DNA from: Dehalococcoidia bacterium
GTDB taxonomy: Bacteria; Chloroflexota; Dehalococcoidia; Bin125
Reading direction: 5' to 3'
Length of the DNA: 64,000 nt
Assembly (NCBI GenBank): GCA_965208665.1
Contig: CBDBPH010000001.1
Location: 1,098,717-1,162,716 of the forward strand
Positions within the stretch are counted from its first letter, which is position 1. Each line of letters opens with the position of its first letter. The translations under genes were made by a program, and so were the position numbers. Shown here in pieces: positions 40,214-49,548 of this stretch. The notes beneath the pieces are model-generated. The model was not told the DNA's origin. It saw only the letters and a list, made by a program, of their open reading frames with translations, and did no database searches.

Positions 40214-41068
40214 ATGCCCGACGCCAAGACCGACCCCCTCCGCATCGCCTACCTCGGACCGCCGGGCACCTTCACCGAGCAGGCGGCCGTCCTCTTTGCC
40301 CGAGAACACGCCCGCTCCGAGTTCATCCCGTTTCCCAGCATCACCGCTTCGGCCGAGGCAGCCGCCCAGGGCGGTGCCGATGTTGCCATCGTGCCCTTCG
40401 AGAACTCGCTCGCCGGCGCCGTCGGCGAGACGCATGACCTGCTCATCCATCAACTCGATCTCAACATCTGCGACGAGCTCGTGATCCCGATTGAACATTG
40501 CCTGATCGTTGCGCCCAACGCCGACACATCGGAGATCCGAGCGATCTACTCGCACCCGCAGGCGCTCGGTCAATGTCAGCGGTATCTCAATCGGCGCTTC
40601 CCCAACGCCCGCACCGAGGCCACGCTGTCGACGGTGCAAGCGGTGGCGCGCGCGGTCGAGCTCGGCGACTTCACCGCCGCCATCGCGCCACGCCGCGCGG
40701 CGCAACTACACAATGCCCGCATTCTCGAGCTTGGCATCGAAGACGATCACCGCAACGCGACGCGCTTCGTGGTCCTGGCTCATCGCGACCACGAGCCCAC
40801 CGGCGACGACAAGTCGACCATCCTCTTTAGCACGGCAAACCGCCCGGGCGCCCTGCTTCGGGTGCTCCAGCACTTCGCCGATGCCAACATCAACCTCACG
40901 CGGATCGAGTCGCGTCCAGCCCGCGAGCGCCTCGGAACATACCTCTTCCTGATCGATTGCGACGGCCATCGCACCGACCCCGCGCTCGCCGACGCCCTCC
41001 AGCGGATGGAACCCGATCTCGAACAGCTCCGAATCATCGGCAGCTATCCCAAGGCTCCCCGACCCTGA
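40214..41068 (+). CDS. pheA: Prephenate dehydratase
   Basis: IAYLGPPGTFTEQAA, a PDT domain with the TRF triad region, and a C-terminal ACT domain (ESRPA). Confidence 0.92.
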   Translation: MPDAKTDPLRIAYLGPPGTFTEQAAVLFAREHARSEFIPFPSITASAEAAAQGGADVAIVPFENSLAGAVGETHDLLIHQLDLNICDELVIPIEHCLIVAPNADTSEIRAIYSHPQALGQCQRYLNRRFPNARTEATLSTVQAVARAVELGDFTAAIAPRRAAQLHNARILELGIEDDHRNATRFVVLAHRDHEPTGDDKSTILFSTANRPGALLRVLQHFADANINLTRIESRPARERLGTYLFLIDCDGHRTDPALADALQRMEPDLEQLRIIGSYPKAPRP

Positions 41069-41083
41069 CGACGGCCCCTCGAC

Positions 41084-41923
41084 ATGCCTGAGATTCCCGA
41101 ACTGCAGCACATCGCCCGAGTCCTGACCGAACGCCTCGCCGGCCGGACGATCGCGAACATCGACATCCAGAAACCGATCGTCATCCGCCTGCCGCGCGAA
41201 GACTTCGAGGCGGGTCTGCTCGGCGCGCAGTTCCGCTCGGTAGAGCGAACAGGCAAGTTCCTGCTCTTCCACACCAACCGCGACAGCGTGCTCGCCGTCA
41301 ATCCCATGCTCAACGGCCGCTTCCAGTGGACCTCCGGTGCCGATGGAACGAGGAAGTCGCACGCCCGCACCTGCTTCACGCTCAAGTTTCAACACAAGCA
41401 GGACGAGGGAGAAGAAGAGCTGGGCATCCGTTACATCGATGAGCGCTATCTCGGCAAGGTGTATCTCGTCGACGCCGAAGACCTCGATCAGGTGCCGGTC
41501 CTCAATGAACAGGGTCCCGACGCACTGGATCCGGAACTCGACGAAGCGGCGTTCCTGCAGCGCCTCAAACGCTACCGCGGGCAGGTCAAGAACGCGCTCG
41601 TCAACGCCAAATTCATCGCCGGCATCGGCAATGCCTACTCCGACGAGGTCCTCTTCAACGCCGGCATTCATCCCTTCACCAAAATCTCAACCCTCGACGA
41701 CGAGCGGCGCGCCCGCCTCTACCGAGCAATGCACGAAACCTTGAACTGGGCTGCGGAGATCTCCGCCGAGGAGATCGGTCAGAAGATTGATCGCAAGCCG
41801 AGAGACTTCCTCAACGTCCACCGCAAGGGCGGTCAACCCTGTCCCCGTTGCGCCAGTCCAATATCCGAGGTCTCGCCCAACCGCAGGATCACCTCGTTCT
41901 GCCGCGCCTGCCAACCCGCTTAG
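41084..41923 (+). CDS. mutM: Formamidopyrimidine-DNA glycosylase / Nei-family DNA glycosylase
   Basis: N-terminal MPEIPE (catalytic Pro2/Glu3), an H2TH domain and a C-terminal zinc finger CPRC...CRAC. Confidence 0.88.
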   Translation: MPEIPELQHIARVLTERLAGRTIANIDIQKPIVIRLPREDFEAGLLGAQFRSVERTGKFLLFHTNRDSVLAVNPMLNGRFQWTSGADGTRKSHARTCFTLKFQHKQDEGEEELGIRYIDERYLGKVYLVDAEDLDQVPVLNEQGPDALDPELDEAAFLQRLKRYRGQVKNALVNAKFIAGIGNAYSDEVLFNAGIHPFTKISTLDDERRARLYRAMHETLNWAAEISAEEIGQKIDRKPRDFLNVHRKGGQPCPRCASPISEVSPNRRITSFCRACQPA

Positions 41924-42471
41924 GCGTTGACCACGGCCGGCGGGTCCGCGCCCGGAATGAACGGCGCCCATCCCGGTTGACTCTCGAGGTACTGCCCGAA
42001 CAGATTGATCGGCGTCACTCTCGGTCGTCTCGGCCTCGACCGCAGGGTCATCCGCGCTTCGCGCGGCGTCCGCCCAGCCTTGCGATGGTTGCAGCCGCGG
42101 CAGGCCGAGACGAGGTTCTCCCATGTGTGCCTGCCTCCGCGGAAGCGAGGCACCACGTGGTCCAGCGTCAGATCCTTGAGCGCCGTCCGACGACCGCAGT
42201 ACTGACACATGAACCGGTCGCGATTGAACACCTCGCGACGGGACAGCCGCATCACCGGCCGCGGACGGCGGATGAAGTAGACCATGCGGATCACCGAGGG
42301 CACATCGTAGTCGCCGCTCACGGTCCGCAGCAGCGCTTTGGCCCGGTCGAGACGATCGATCACTTCGGCCTTGCCACGCTCAACCAGTACCACCGCCCGC
42401 CGCACGTTGCACACGTGCAACGGCTCGTAGTTCTGATTCAGCACCAACACCGATTTATTCAGAACCGACAT
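41920..42471 (-). CDS. HNH endonuclease family protein
   Basis: Start trimmed to MSVLNKS (ATG at 42471). HNH motif CQYCG...DHVVPRFRGGRHTWENLVSACRGCNHRK. The upstream 192 codons of the track ORF are G/R-rich, overlap cvpA and were rejected. Confidence 0.75.
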   Translation of the reverse strand: MSVLNKSVLVLNQNYEPLHVCNVRRAVVLVERGKAEVIDRLDRAKALLRTVSGDYDVPSVIRMVYFIRRPRPVMRLSRREVFNRDRFMCQYCGRRTALKDLTLDHVVPRFRGGRHTWENLVSACRGCNHRKAGRTPREARMTLRSRPRRPRVTPINLFGQYLESQPGWAPFIPGADPPAVVNA

Positions 42472-42545
42472 CGCTCCGAGGTGATGGTACCACCGGACCG
42501 CGTCCCTGAACGTCTGCAGGCCGTGAGACGGTCTTTGGACGACAC

Positions 42546-43145
42546 TCAGCCGCCGCCGACCGGCCCGCCAACCTGGTCCACCGACGAGCGCAGCGCATCC
42601 ACATCCCCAGCGAAGCTCTGGATCGCCAGATCGAACTCCGACGGCAGCAGCGCCCGCACCACCGGCGCGTTGTCGAGCATCGCCATCCCGATCGCCGATT
42701 GTCCAACCACGCCGTCCACATGCCCCAGCCCGGCATACACCAACATCGCAAACGTCGCCTGCATGAGCAGCAGACCGAAGAGCACTCCGAACAAGCCGCC
42801 CGCAGCACGATCGGCCCAGCCCAACAACAGCACGGTGGCCACACCACGCAGGAACGTTCCAAGGATGTATCCACCGACCGACACCAGCGTCAGGATCAGA
42901 AAGAAACTTGCCGCTTTCATCGTCCCCGAGGGCGTCTCCGCGATCGCGAGGTCGACGAATACCCGCTCGTGATACAGCCCCGCGACGACCACCCCCACGA
43001 CGATCGCGAGCAGTGCCACGCTGGCGCGCAGGATGCCCATCCGCCAACCCCAGAAACCGATCCCTGCCGCGACCACCACGATCACAACGTCGAGCACGTT
43101 CAGTCCGAGAAACAGCGCGGAACCGTCCACCAGACCACTGTACAC
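42546..43145 (-). CDS. cvpA: CvpA-family membrane protein
   Basis: 199 aa with four TM helices. Pattern LNVLDVVIVVV...GFWGWRMG is typical of the Colicin V production (CvpA) family. Confidence 0.7.
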   Translation of the reverse strand: MYSGLVDGSALFLGLNVLDVVIVVVAAGIGFWGWRMGILRASVALLAIVVGVVVAGLYHERVFVDLAIAETPSGTMKAASFFLILTLVSVGGYILGTFLRGVATVLLLGWADRAAGGLFGVLFGLLLMQATFAMLVYAGLGHVDGVVGQSAIGMAMLDNAPVVRALLPSEFDLAIQSFAGDVDALRSSVDQVGGPVGGG

Positions 43146-43169
43146 ACGAGCATCAGCCGCGCCGACGCC

Positions 43170-44051
43170 TCAGGCGCGGTAGCCGTCACTCGCTGACGGG
43201 TCCGCTATCTCGGGCGCCGCCGCGGCTTGACCCGCGGGCGAGCCGGTCAGCAAGCCCATCTGCGCCATCGAGGCAAAGCTGGATCGGGTCACGATCACGT
43301 GGTCCAGCAACTCGATCCCCATGGTCTGCGCTGCTTGAGCGAGCTCGGACGTCATTTCCCGATCGGCCGCCGACGGAGCCGAGGAGCCCGACGGATGATT
43401 GTGCACCACGATCATCGCCGGACCCTGATGCACGATGACCGGCCGCAACAACTCCGCCACCCGCACCGACGCGCCGTGCACCATGCCCTTGTACAGACGC
43501 TCCTCGCGAATCAGGCAATGCTGCTGGTCCAGCACCAGCACCCAGACCTCCTCGTGGATCAGATCGCCCAGCAGAGCCCGGTATCGCTCGAACACCTGGC
43601 GACCAGAGCGGAACGGCTCGCGGGCCGGCCATTCGTCATCGGCCAAACCCCGTGCCGCGAGTTCGACCGCCGCCTTGACCCGCGTCACCTTGGCAGGGCC
43701 CAGGCCCGTAACTCGCATCAGATCGCGCAGATCCGACCGCAGCAGGCCGACCAATCCACGATCCGCGAGGAGTTCTCGCGATTTCTCCAACACATTCGTT
43801 TCCTGGTCACCCGTGCTCAGCAAGACCGCGAGCAACTCGGTATTGGACAGCGACGCCGGACCCAGGCGCATCAGCCGTTCCCGCGGTTGATCCTCCGGCG
43901 CCAGCCCGTCGATGCCCTTGCGCCGCTTCTTGCCCGTGCGCGGCGCGGGAGCTGGCGACGCGCGCTCCTCCTCTGCCCGCTCGGACCGCTGAGCCTGCTC
44001 GGCGTCCGCGGCCGCCCACTCCGCCTCAAGTTCGGCTAGCGGATCTCGCAC
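43170..44051 (-). CDS. radC: RadC-family JAB-domain protein
   Basis: N-terminal HhH region (LSNTELLAVLLSTG) and C-terminal JAMM motif HNHPSG..S..D. Confidence 0.9.
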   Translation of the reverse strand: MRDPLAELEAEWAAADAEQAQRSERAEEERASPAPAPRTGKKRRKGIDGLAPEDQPRERLMRLGPASLSNTELLAVLLSTGDQETNVLEKSRELLADRGLVGLLRSDLRDLMRVTGLGPAKVTRVKAAVELAARGLADDEWPAREPFRSGRQVFERYRALLGDLIHEEVWVLVLDQQHCLIREERLYKGMVHGASVRVAELLRPVIVHQGPAMIVVHNHPSGSSAPSAADREMTSELAQAAQTMGIELLDHVIVTRSSFASMAQMGLLTGSPAGQAAAAPEIADPSASDGYRA

Positions 44052-44055
44052 CCGG

Positions 44056-44598
44056 TCACTCGTCGCGACTGTCGCCGAAGCTGGGCAACTCGACCCGCTC
44101 GCGGCCGGCCGCTGCTTCCCGCTCTCGTTCTCGCCGACGTTCCTCCCACGCGTCCTCCACGGTCGCCGCGTCCCGTTCCGCTTCTTCGGCCGCTTCCTCT
44201 TCAGTCCTCGGTCGCTCGTCCTCGCCCAGCGGACGCCAGGCGACCAGCGCGTTTGTATGCGGATAGTGGTTCAGATAAATCCAGCCGCCCGGCTCGGGCA
44301 TTTCGTCAAACACCAGCCGCGGCACGCGGTAGACCCGTCGCGCGACCAGCACATAGTGCGCGCGGAAGAAGATCAGCAGGTCGAACTTCCGCCACTTGCG
44401 CGCAACCTGACCCGTCGTCTCGATCGGCTCGCTGAACCAGTCCCGGAATGCCGACAGCGCCGAGAAGCCGGATAGCACGCCGATCAAGGCGAACAACGAG
44501 AAGCCGAACCAGGAGCCGCCGTTCCCGCCCAGCGCTTCGACCATCATGTAGACCGCGCCGACGGTCAACAGGCCAAACGCGGGCGTCCAGATCAGCAT
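44056..44598 (-). CDS. Hypothetical membrane protein
   Basis: Two predicted TM helices and an acidic/basic charged C-terminal tail. Start moved to MLIWTPAF to remove a 70-nt overlap with the LysM gene. No known motif. Confidence 0.45.
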   Translation of the reverse strand: MLIWTPAFGLLTVGAVYMMVEALGGNGGSWFGFSLFALIGVLSGFSALSAFRDWFSEPIETTGQVARKWRKFDLLIFFRAHYVLVARRVYRVPRLVFDEMPEPGGWIYLNHYPHTNALVAWRPLGEDERPRTEEEAAEEAERDAATVEDAWEERRREREREAAAGRERVELPSFGDSRDE

Positions 44599-44665
44599 CG
44601 AGCGCAAGATCGCACGGCGGGCCCGCTCCTCGTCGGGCGCCTGCGTGCCGGTCAGATCGCGGAGC

Positions 44666-45271
44666 CTACCCTCCACCACGACCGATCTTCCCCTCCTCGG
44701 TTGTCGAGCCGGACTCGTCCGCCACGATAGGCACATGCCACTCTGGAATCCAGATCCACTCCCCGCGGATCAGCACCGAATCCTCGCGTAGGTGCCAGTT
44801 CCAGCGCACCAGGTCCGCTACCGAAACCCCCCGCGCCGAAGCGATGCTGAATAGAGATTCTCCGCGCTGAACTTGGTAGCGCTCAAAGGAATACGGAACG
44901 GCTGGATCGAGCGGATCGGGCCGACCGGGGACAATCCCCGTCTGAGTCGCAACCGTCGGCCCGTGCCCGGTCCCGCCGACCGTAGACGCCACTGAAGCTG
45001 GCTGCGTTTCAATCAATTCAGTCCTCGCCTGTGCCGTCTGCCCTGCGGATAGTGGTCCCGCCCTCTCGGACGACGATTCGTCCAGGATCGCCGACTCCGG
45101 CTCGATTGACGTAACCGAATCACCTTGAGGCGCCGATGAGGAATCACCCCACGTCGCCGCCACCGCCACGACCGCCACCGTCAGACCAACCACAACTGCC
45201 AGCTCGATGGCACGCGAACTGCGCCACAACCGCCGGGTACCAAACTCGAAAACCGGGTTGTCAAGCGCCAT
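44666..45271 (-). CDS. LysM domain-containing membrane-anchored protein
   Basis: N-terminal TM anchor, S/T/P-rich linker and a C-terminal LysM domain (YQVQRGESLFSIASARGVSVADLVRWN). Confidence 0.75.
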   Translation of the reverse strand: MALDNPVFEFGTRRLWRSSRAIELAVVVGLTVAVVAVAATWGDSSSAPQGDSVTSIEPESAILDESSSERAGPLSAGQTAQARTELIETQPASVASTVGGTGHGPTVATQTGIVPGRPDPLDPAVPYSFERYQVQRGESLFSIASARGVSVADLVRWNWHLREDSVLIRGEWIWIPEWHVPIVADESGSTTEEGKIGRGGG

Positions 45272-45427
45272 CGCAACCCCCGGACACAGTCCGCCCGACT
45301 CGAATCGTCGCGGAACTGTAAAACCGGGTTAACGATAGCGCAACATGAACGCGGTGAGTCCGCCTCCAAGGCGCCGAATCTGGCCTGCGCCCTGGTCATT
45401 CGCTCCGAGACCCGAGGCGCATACTCG

Positions 45428-45823
45428 CTACTTCAGCTCGACGGTCGCGCCGGCCTCCTCGAGCGAGGCCTTGACTGCCTCGGCCTCTTCCTTGGTGATG
45501 CCTTCCTTGACCGTCTGCGGCGCCGACTCGACGAATTCCTTCGCCTCGCGCAGGCCCAGTTCGGTCACGGCCCGGACCGCCTTGATCACGTTGATCTTCT
45601 TGTCGCCGAACGCCTGCAGCACGACATCGAATTCGGTCTGCTCTTCGGCCACTTCGGCCGTCGCCGCCGCGCCGTTACCGCCGACTGCCGCCACCGCGAC
45701 CGGGGCCGCAGCGGTGACGCCGAATTCTTCCTCGATCCGCTTGACCAGGTCTCGCGCCTCGAGAATCGTCATCGCGCTGATCAGATCAAACGCTTCGTCA
45801 ACCTTCGACATATCTGTCTCCAC
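45428..45823 (-). CDS. rplL: 50S ribosomal protein L7/L12
   Basis: N-terminal dimerisation helix, an Ala-rich hinge and the C-terminal domain [21 protein letters not shown]...[10 protein letters not shown]. Confidence 0.93.
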   Translation of the reverse strand: METDMSKVDEAFDLISAMTILEARDLVKRIEEEFGVTAAAPVAVAAVGGNGAAATAEVAEEQTEFDVVLQAFGDKKINVIKAVRAVTELGLREAKEFVESAPQTVKEGITKEEAEAVKASLEEAGATVELK

Positions 45824-45893
45824 TCAATCTCGGTCCTGACGACCGACTGATTCCGACTGTTTCACCGCGAACGGTCTCGCGGCGCCATTCCCG

Positions 45894-46439
45894 TTACTCG
45901 GCTCCCGATTCAGCTGTCTCCAACTGCTCGGCGCGCGCCTCGACGATCGCGGCCACATCGCGGAAGACCGCGCTCAGGACACCGGCGAGACCAGCAATCG
46001 GGCTGTTCAGTCCGCCCGCCACCTTGGCCATCAGCTCAGGCCGGCTGGGGACATCGGCCAGTGCCGCGACCTGCGACCCGTCCTGAAGCTCACCCTCGAC
46101 AAACACGCCCCGAATCGGCAACTCGAGTCGCGTGGCGGTCGTGTACCTCTGCAACGCCCGGGGCGCTTCCGTCAGGTCGCCAAAGCCGAACAGCAGCGCG
46201 GTCGATTCCTCCGCCAGATCCGCGGCGTCGGGATGACCGAGCCCCTCCGCCGCTCGTCGCCACAGAGTGTTCTTAATCACCCGCAGTTCGGTCTCCGGCG
46301 CTTCAGCCCGGATTCCGCGCCGCAACTCCTGCATATCCTTGACGCTCAGGCCTCGGTAGTCGATCCCGATCGTGATCGAGGCTCGACCCAGCCGCTCCTC
46401 AAGCAGCGCTACCTGTTCCCGTTTGCGTTCAGTTGCCAT
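45894..46439 (-). CDS. rplJ: 50S ribosomal protein L10
   Basis: 181 aa of the L10 family, immediately upstream of rplL. Confidence 0.93.
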   Translation of the reverse strand: MATERKREQVALLEERLGRASITIGIDYRGLSVKDMQELRRGIRAEAPETELRVIKNTLWRRAAEGLGHPDAADLAEESTALLFGFGDLTEAPRALQRYTTATRLELPIRGVFVEGELQDGSQVAALADVPSRPELMAKVAGGLNSPIAGLAGVLSAVFRDVAAIVEARAEQLETAESGAE

Positions 46440-46693
46440 ACCGCCTCCCGACCATGTGCAGGTCCATCGCTTCAGCCGCCCCAGCCCGCTTCGACCACCA
46501 GACCTGCAACCACACGCCAGCCCGCTCGTTGCGGGCGATCCATCGGTTGCTGCCTGCGCTGGACGTTTCAGGCCCGATTCGCCTCGGGTCCGCCAGCGGT
46601 CTCGGGCGGCATTGATTCCGTTCGTTCGATCCCAGCCTAGTCCACGACCCGTTCTTAGGTCAGCCAGGATTCCGGCTCATATCGGCCGGACCG
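46440..46693 (-). promoter_or_regulatory. rplJ leader region (candidate L10(L12)4 autoregulatory leader)
   Basis: A 254-nt untranslated GC-rich spacer between rplA and rplJ. By established knowledge, bacterial rplJ leaders carry the L10 binding site. Structure not verified here. Confidence 0.35.
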
Positions 46694-47407
46694 TTAATCC
46701 GCTCTCATTGCCAGGGCCGACTGCTGCTCCAGCTTGACGCCCGGACCCATCGTCGAGGCGATGCTCAGCGAGCGGATATAGCTGCCCTTCGTGCCCGACG
46801 GCCTGGCCTTCACGATCTCCGAGACCATCGTCGCCAGATTGTCGAGCAATTGGTCCTCGCCGAAGCTCGCCTTACCCAGCGGTACGTGCACCGACGCCTC
46901 ACGGTCCGTGCGAAACTCCACCCGGCCCGCCTTCGCCTCCGTCACAGCCTTGGCAATGTCGTTCCGATCGACAACCGTCCCGGCACGCGGATTGGGCATC
47001 AGACCACGCGGACCCAGAACTCGACCCAGCCGGCCAACTTTGCCCATAAGATCGCGCTGCGCGACCGCGACGTCGAAGTCCGTGAAACCGCCCTGCACCT
47101 GCTCGATCAGGTCATCGGCACCCACGACCTCAGCGCCGGCCTCGGTCGCCGCAGTCGCTGCGTCGCCCTCGGCGAAGACGGCGACACGAACTTCCTTGCC
47201 CAGTCCGTGCGGCAACCTCGCTGTGCCGCGCAACTGCTGGTCGGCGTGGCGCACGTCAAGCCCGGTGCGGATGTGCAGCTCAATCGTCTCGTCGAACTTC
47301 GCTGTCGCCATCTGCTTGACCAGCGCAACCGCTTCGGTCGGCGGGTAGTGCGCCTCTTTGCTGTACAAGTCCATCGCGTTTCGGTAACGCTTCCCGTGCT
47401 TCGGCAT
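46694..47407 (-). CDS. rplA: 50S ribosomal protein L1
   Basis: 237 aa, L1 family (GKRY...VRHADQQLRG...). Confidence 0.95.
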   Translation of the reverse strand: MPKHGKRYRNAMDLYSKEAHYPPTEAVALVKQMATAKFDETIELHIRTGLDVRHADQQLRGTARLPHGLGKEVRVAVFAEGDAATAATEAGAEVVGADDLIEQVQGGFTDFDVAVAQRDLMGKVGRLGRVLGPRGLMPNPRAGTVVDRNDIAKAVTEAKAGRVEFRTDREASVHVPLGKASFGEDQLLDNLATMVSEIVKARPSGTKGSYIRSLSIASTMGPGVKLEQQSALAMRAD

Positions 47408-47409
47408 GA

Positions 47410-47835
47410 CTAGCCCTCGACTTCCACGCCCATTGAACGAGCCGTCCCGGCCACCATCCGCATGGCCGCCTCGATGTCGTTGGCGTTCAGATCTTGCATC
47501 TTCTGTTCCGCGATCGACCGTACCTGCTCGGACGTGATCGAGCCGGCGACTTCACGCCTCGGCTCCGACGCGCCCTTCTCCAGACCGGCCGCTCGACGAA
47601 TCAGGTCGGAAGCCGGCGGCGTCCTCAGCTCAAACGTGAACGACCGATCTTCGTACACCGTGATCTGCGCCGGGATCAGTTCCCCCGCGTTCGACGCAGT
47701 GCGCTCGTTGTAGCTCTTCACGAATTCCATGATGCCCACGCCGTGCTGTCCCAGGGCCGGTCCAACCGGCGGCGCAGGACTCGCCTTGCCCGCCTCCAGC
47801 TGAAGGGTCAACACTGCTCGTACACGCTTCGCCAT
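47410..47835 (-). CDS. rplK: 50S ribosomal protein L11
   Basis: 141 aa with [12 protein letters not shown] and the KxxP N-terminal domain. Confidence 0.95.
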   Translation of the reverse strand: MAKRVRAVLTLQLEAGKASPAPPVGPALGQHGVGIMEFVKSYNERTASNAGELIPAQITVYEDRSFTFELRTPPASDLIRRAAGLEKGASEPRREVAGSITSEQVRSIAEQKMQDLNANDIEAAMRMVAGTARSMGVEVEG

Positions 47836-47921
47836 CCAGCCTTCTCCCTAACTCGCCAACGGCACAGGGCCGCCGACGCTCAAATGCAAGTCTGCAGCCT
47901 ACTGCGGTCTGTTGCGTAGCC

Positions 47922-48848
47922 CTATTGCTTCTCCACCTGGTCGAAGTCCAGCTCCAGCGGCGTCTCTCGACCGAACATCGAGATTCGCACCCGGACCTTG
48001 CCCTTCTCCACGTTGATCTCTTCGACCTCGGCCACCATGTCGACGAACGGGCCCTCGGTCAGCCGCACGGAATCGTTGACCGCAAAGCCCACGCGGACTC
48101 TCGGCTCCTCGACCTGTGTCTGGCCGATGATCTTCGCCACCTGTGCCGGCGGCAGGGGCCGCGCATGGTCGCGTTGATCCTCGCGCGTGCCGACGAATCC
48201 CGTCACTCCCGCCGTACCGTTGACGACGTGCCAGGACTGGTCCGACGGTTCGCCGGTGCCGTGATTGACGCGAATCTGGAGCAGCACGTAGCCGGGCAGC
48301 AGCTTGCGCTCAACCTCACGCCGCTTCCCGCCGCGAATCTCGACTTCCTGTTGTGTGGGTACCAGCACGAACCGCTTCTCGGCCATGCCTTTCTTCGACG
48401 CGCCGGCCCGCTCGGGTGTGAGCTCGACGAACTGATCCTCGGCGTCCATGTTGCGGATGCGCAGATCCAGCGCATCTCTCACCCGGTTTTCGTGACCGGT
48501 GTACGTGTTAATCGCAAACCAGGCCGCATCAGTTTCTTGGATGCCCTCCAGCGAGACCGCTGGCTCCGCGTCGCCCTCGTCTCCGTCTTCCCCTCGCAGG
48601 AAGGAAGCGATCGGGGTGGGCTCTTCCTCGACCGGACGATCCAGACCCAACTCCACCAGCGCCTCGGCAGCGGTCGTATCGATCTCCGCTTCTGCCGGCT
48701 CGGTCTCGGTCTCGATGCCCAGCGCTCGCGCCGTGGCCAGGATCTCCTGCAACTCTCGTTCCGCTGCAGAGATCTCGCTGCGCCCGAACCCGGCGCCACC
48801 CGACTCAGTGTTCGATTCTGTCTCTGGTGTATCTCGTGAGGTCGTCAT
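47922..48848 (-). CDS. nusG: Transcription termination/antitermination factor NusG (long form with acidic N-terminal extension)
   Basis: NGN domain (AWFAINTYTGHENRV...LLPGYVLLQ) and KOW domain (FAVNDSVRLTEGPF...GKVRVRISMFGRETPLELDFDQVEK). The ~100-aa E/T-rich N-terminal extension is not seen in the 181-aa E. coli NusG. Confidence 0.9.
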   Translation of the reverse strand: MTTSRDTPETESNTESGGAGFGRSEISAAERELQEILATARALGIETETEPAEAEIDTTAAEALVELGLDRPVEEEPTPIASFLRGEDGDEGDAEPAVSLEGIQETDAAWFAINTYTGHENRVRDALDLRIRNMDAEDQFVELTPERAGASKKGMAEKRFVLVPTQQEVEIRGGKRREVERKLLPGYVLLQIRVNHGTGEPSDQSWHVVNGTAGVTGFVGTREDQRDHARPLPPAQVAKIIGQTQVEEPRVRVGFAVNDSVRLTEGPFVDMVAEVEEINVEKGKVRVRISMFGRETPLELDFDQVEKQ

Positions 48849-49300
48849 CAGGGCAGCAACGTTTCCTCAACCACGCGATTCAGTCCGAAGTCGATCGCGC
48901 CTAGAAAAATGCCGACGGCAATCGCCACGACCAGAACGACGACCGTCAGGTTCGCCGTCTCTTGCCGCGAAGGCCAGACCACCTTGCGCAGTTCGTCGAT
49001 GATCGCCAGGATCGCCCGTGGATGCGTCAGTCGGTAGAGCAGGCTCTGGACCCGCGGCGCGTCCGATGTAGTCGGTCGCGATGCCCCGATCTCGCGTCGT
49101 GGCCGCGCCGGCAACGCCGCAGCTTCGGCCCCGCCACCTGACAGGCCGCCCGAACCGTCGATCGCGTCGGCCGGAGCCGGCGCCTCGACTTCCGGTCGCG
49201 GCACGCGTTGACGAGTGGGACGCGGCGTGGCGGAGGAGGCAGCGCGCGGCTGTCCGCCTCGACGTCCCCGCCGTCGACGGCTATCTCGAGATCTCGCCAC
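48848..49300 (-). CDS. secE: Preprotein translocase subunit SecE (with long basic N-terminal extension)
   Basis: C-terminal TM helix region IDELRKVVWPSRQETANLTVVVLVVAIAVGIFLGAIDFGLNRVV is SecE-like. The ~90-aa R/P-rich N-terminus has an apparent GTG start, so the start is uncertain. Confidence 0.75.
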   Translation of the reverse strand: MARSRDSRRRRGRRGGQPRAASSATPRPTRQRVPRPEVEAPAPADAIDGSGGLSGGGAEAAALPARPRREIGASRPTTSDAPRVQSLLYRLTHPRAILAIIDELRKVVWPSRQETANLTVVVLVVAIAVGIFLGAIDFGLNRVVEETLLP

Positions 49301-49303
49301 GGA

Positions 49304-49465
49304 TCACCGCGTCTCCCGGTAGGCACGCCGCCCGCGGCAGTGCGGGCAGTATTTGGTCAACTCCAGACGATCGGCGTCGTTTCGCCGGTTCTTCGTGGTG
49401 TGGTACGTGTGCGACTGGCACTCTCGGCAGCGCAGCGTGATGAACACGCGATCACCCTTTGCCAT
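49304..49465 (-). CDS. rpmG: 50S ribosomal protein L33 (zinc-ribbon type)
   Basis: Not in the ORF track. Manual translation of the minus strand gives [53 protein letters not shown] (53 aa, CxxC...CxxC). Fits the classical rpmG-secE-nusG arrangement. Confidence 0.85.
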   Translation of the reverse strand: MAKGDRVFITLRCRECQSHTYHTTKNRRNDADRLELTKYCPHCRGRRAYRETR

Positions 49466-49548
49466 GGCCAGATTCCTTCCTCAATCGCCGAATGGACTGA
49501 TCGAGTCGGCGGATTAGAACCATCTTCGCACGAACGACCGCTCCCGCG

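Noticed and set aside
42472-43047. N-terminal 192 codons of the 375-aa track ORF preceding the HNH domain
   Set aside because: G/R/A-rich and overlaps cvpA on the same strand in another frame. The HNH family is ~180 aa and begins at the internal MSVLNKS.
44599-44736. Upstream part of the 226-aa membrane ORF overlapping the LysM gene by ~70 nt
   Set aside because: A long same-strand overlap is unlikely. The start was moved to the internal Met (MLIWTPAF) that immediately precedes the first TM helix.
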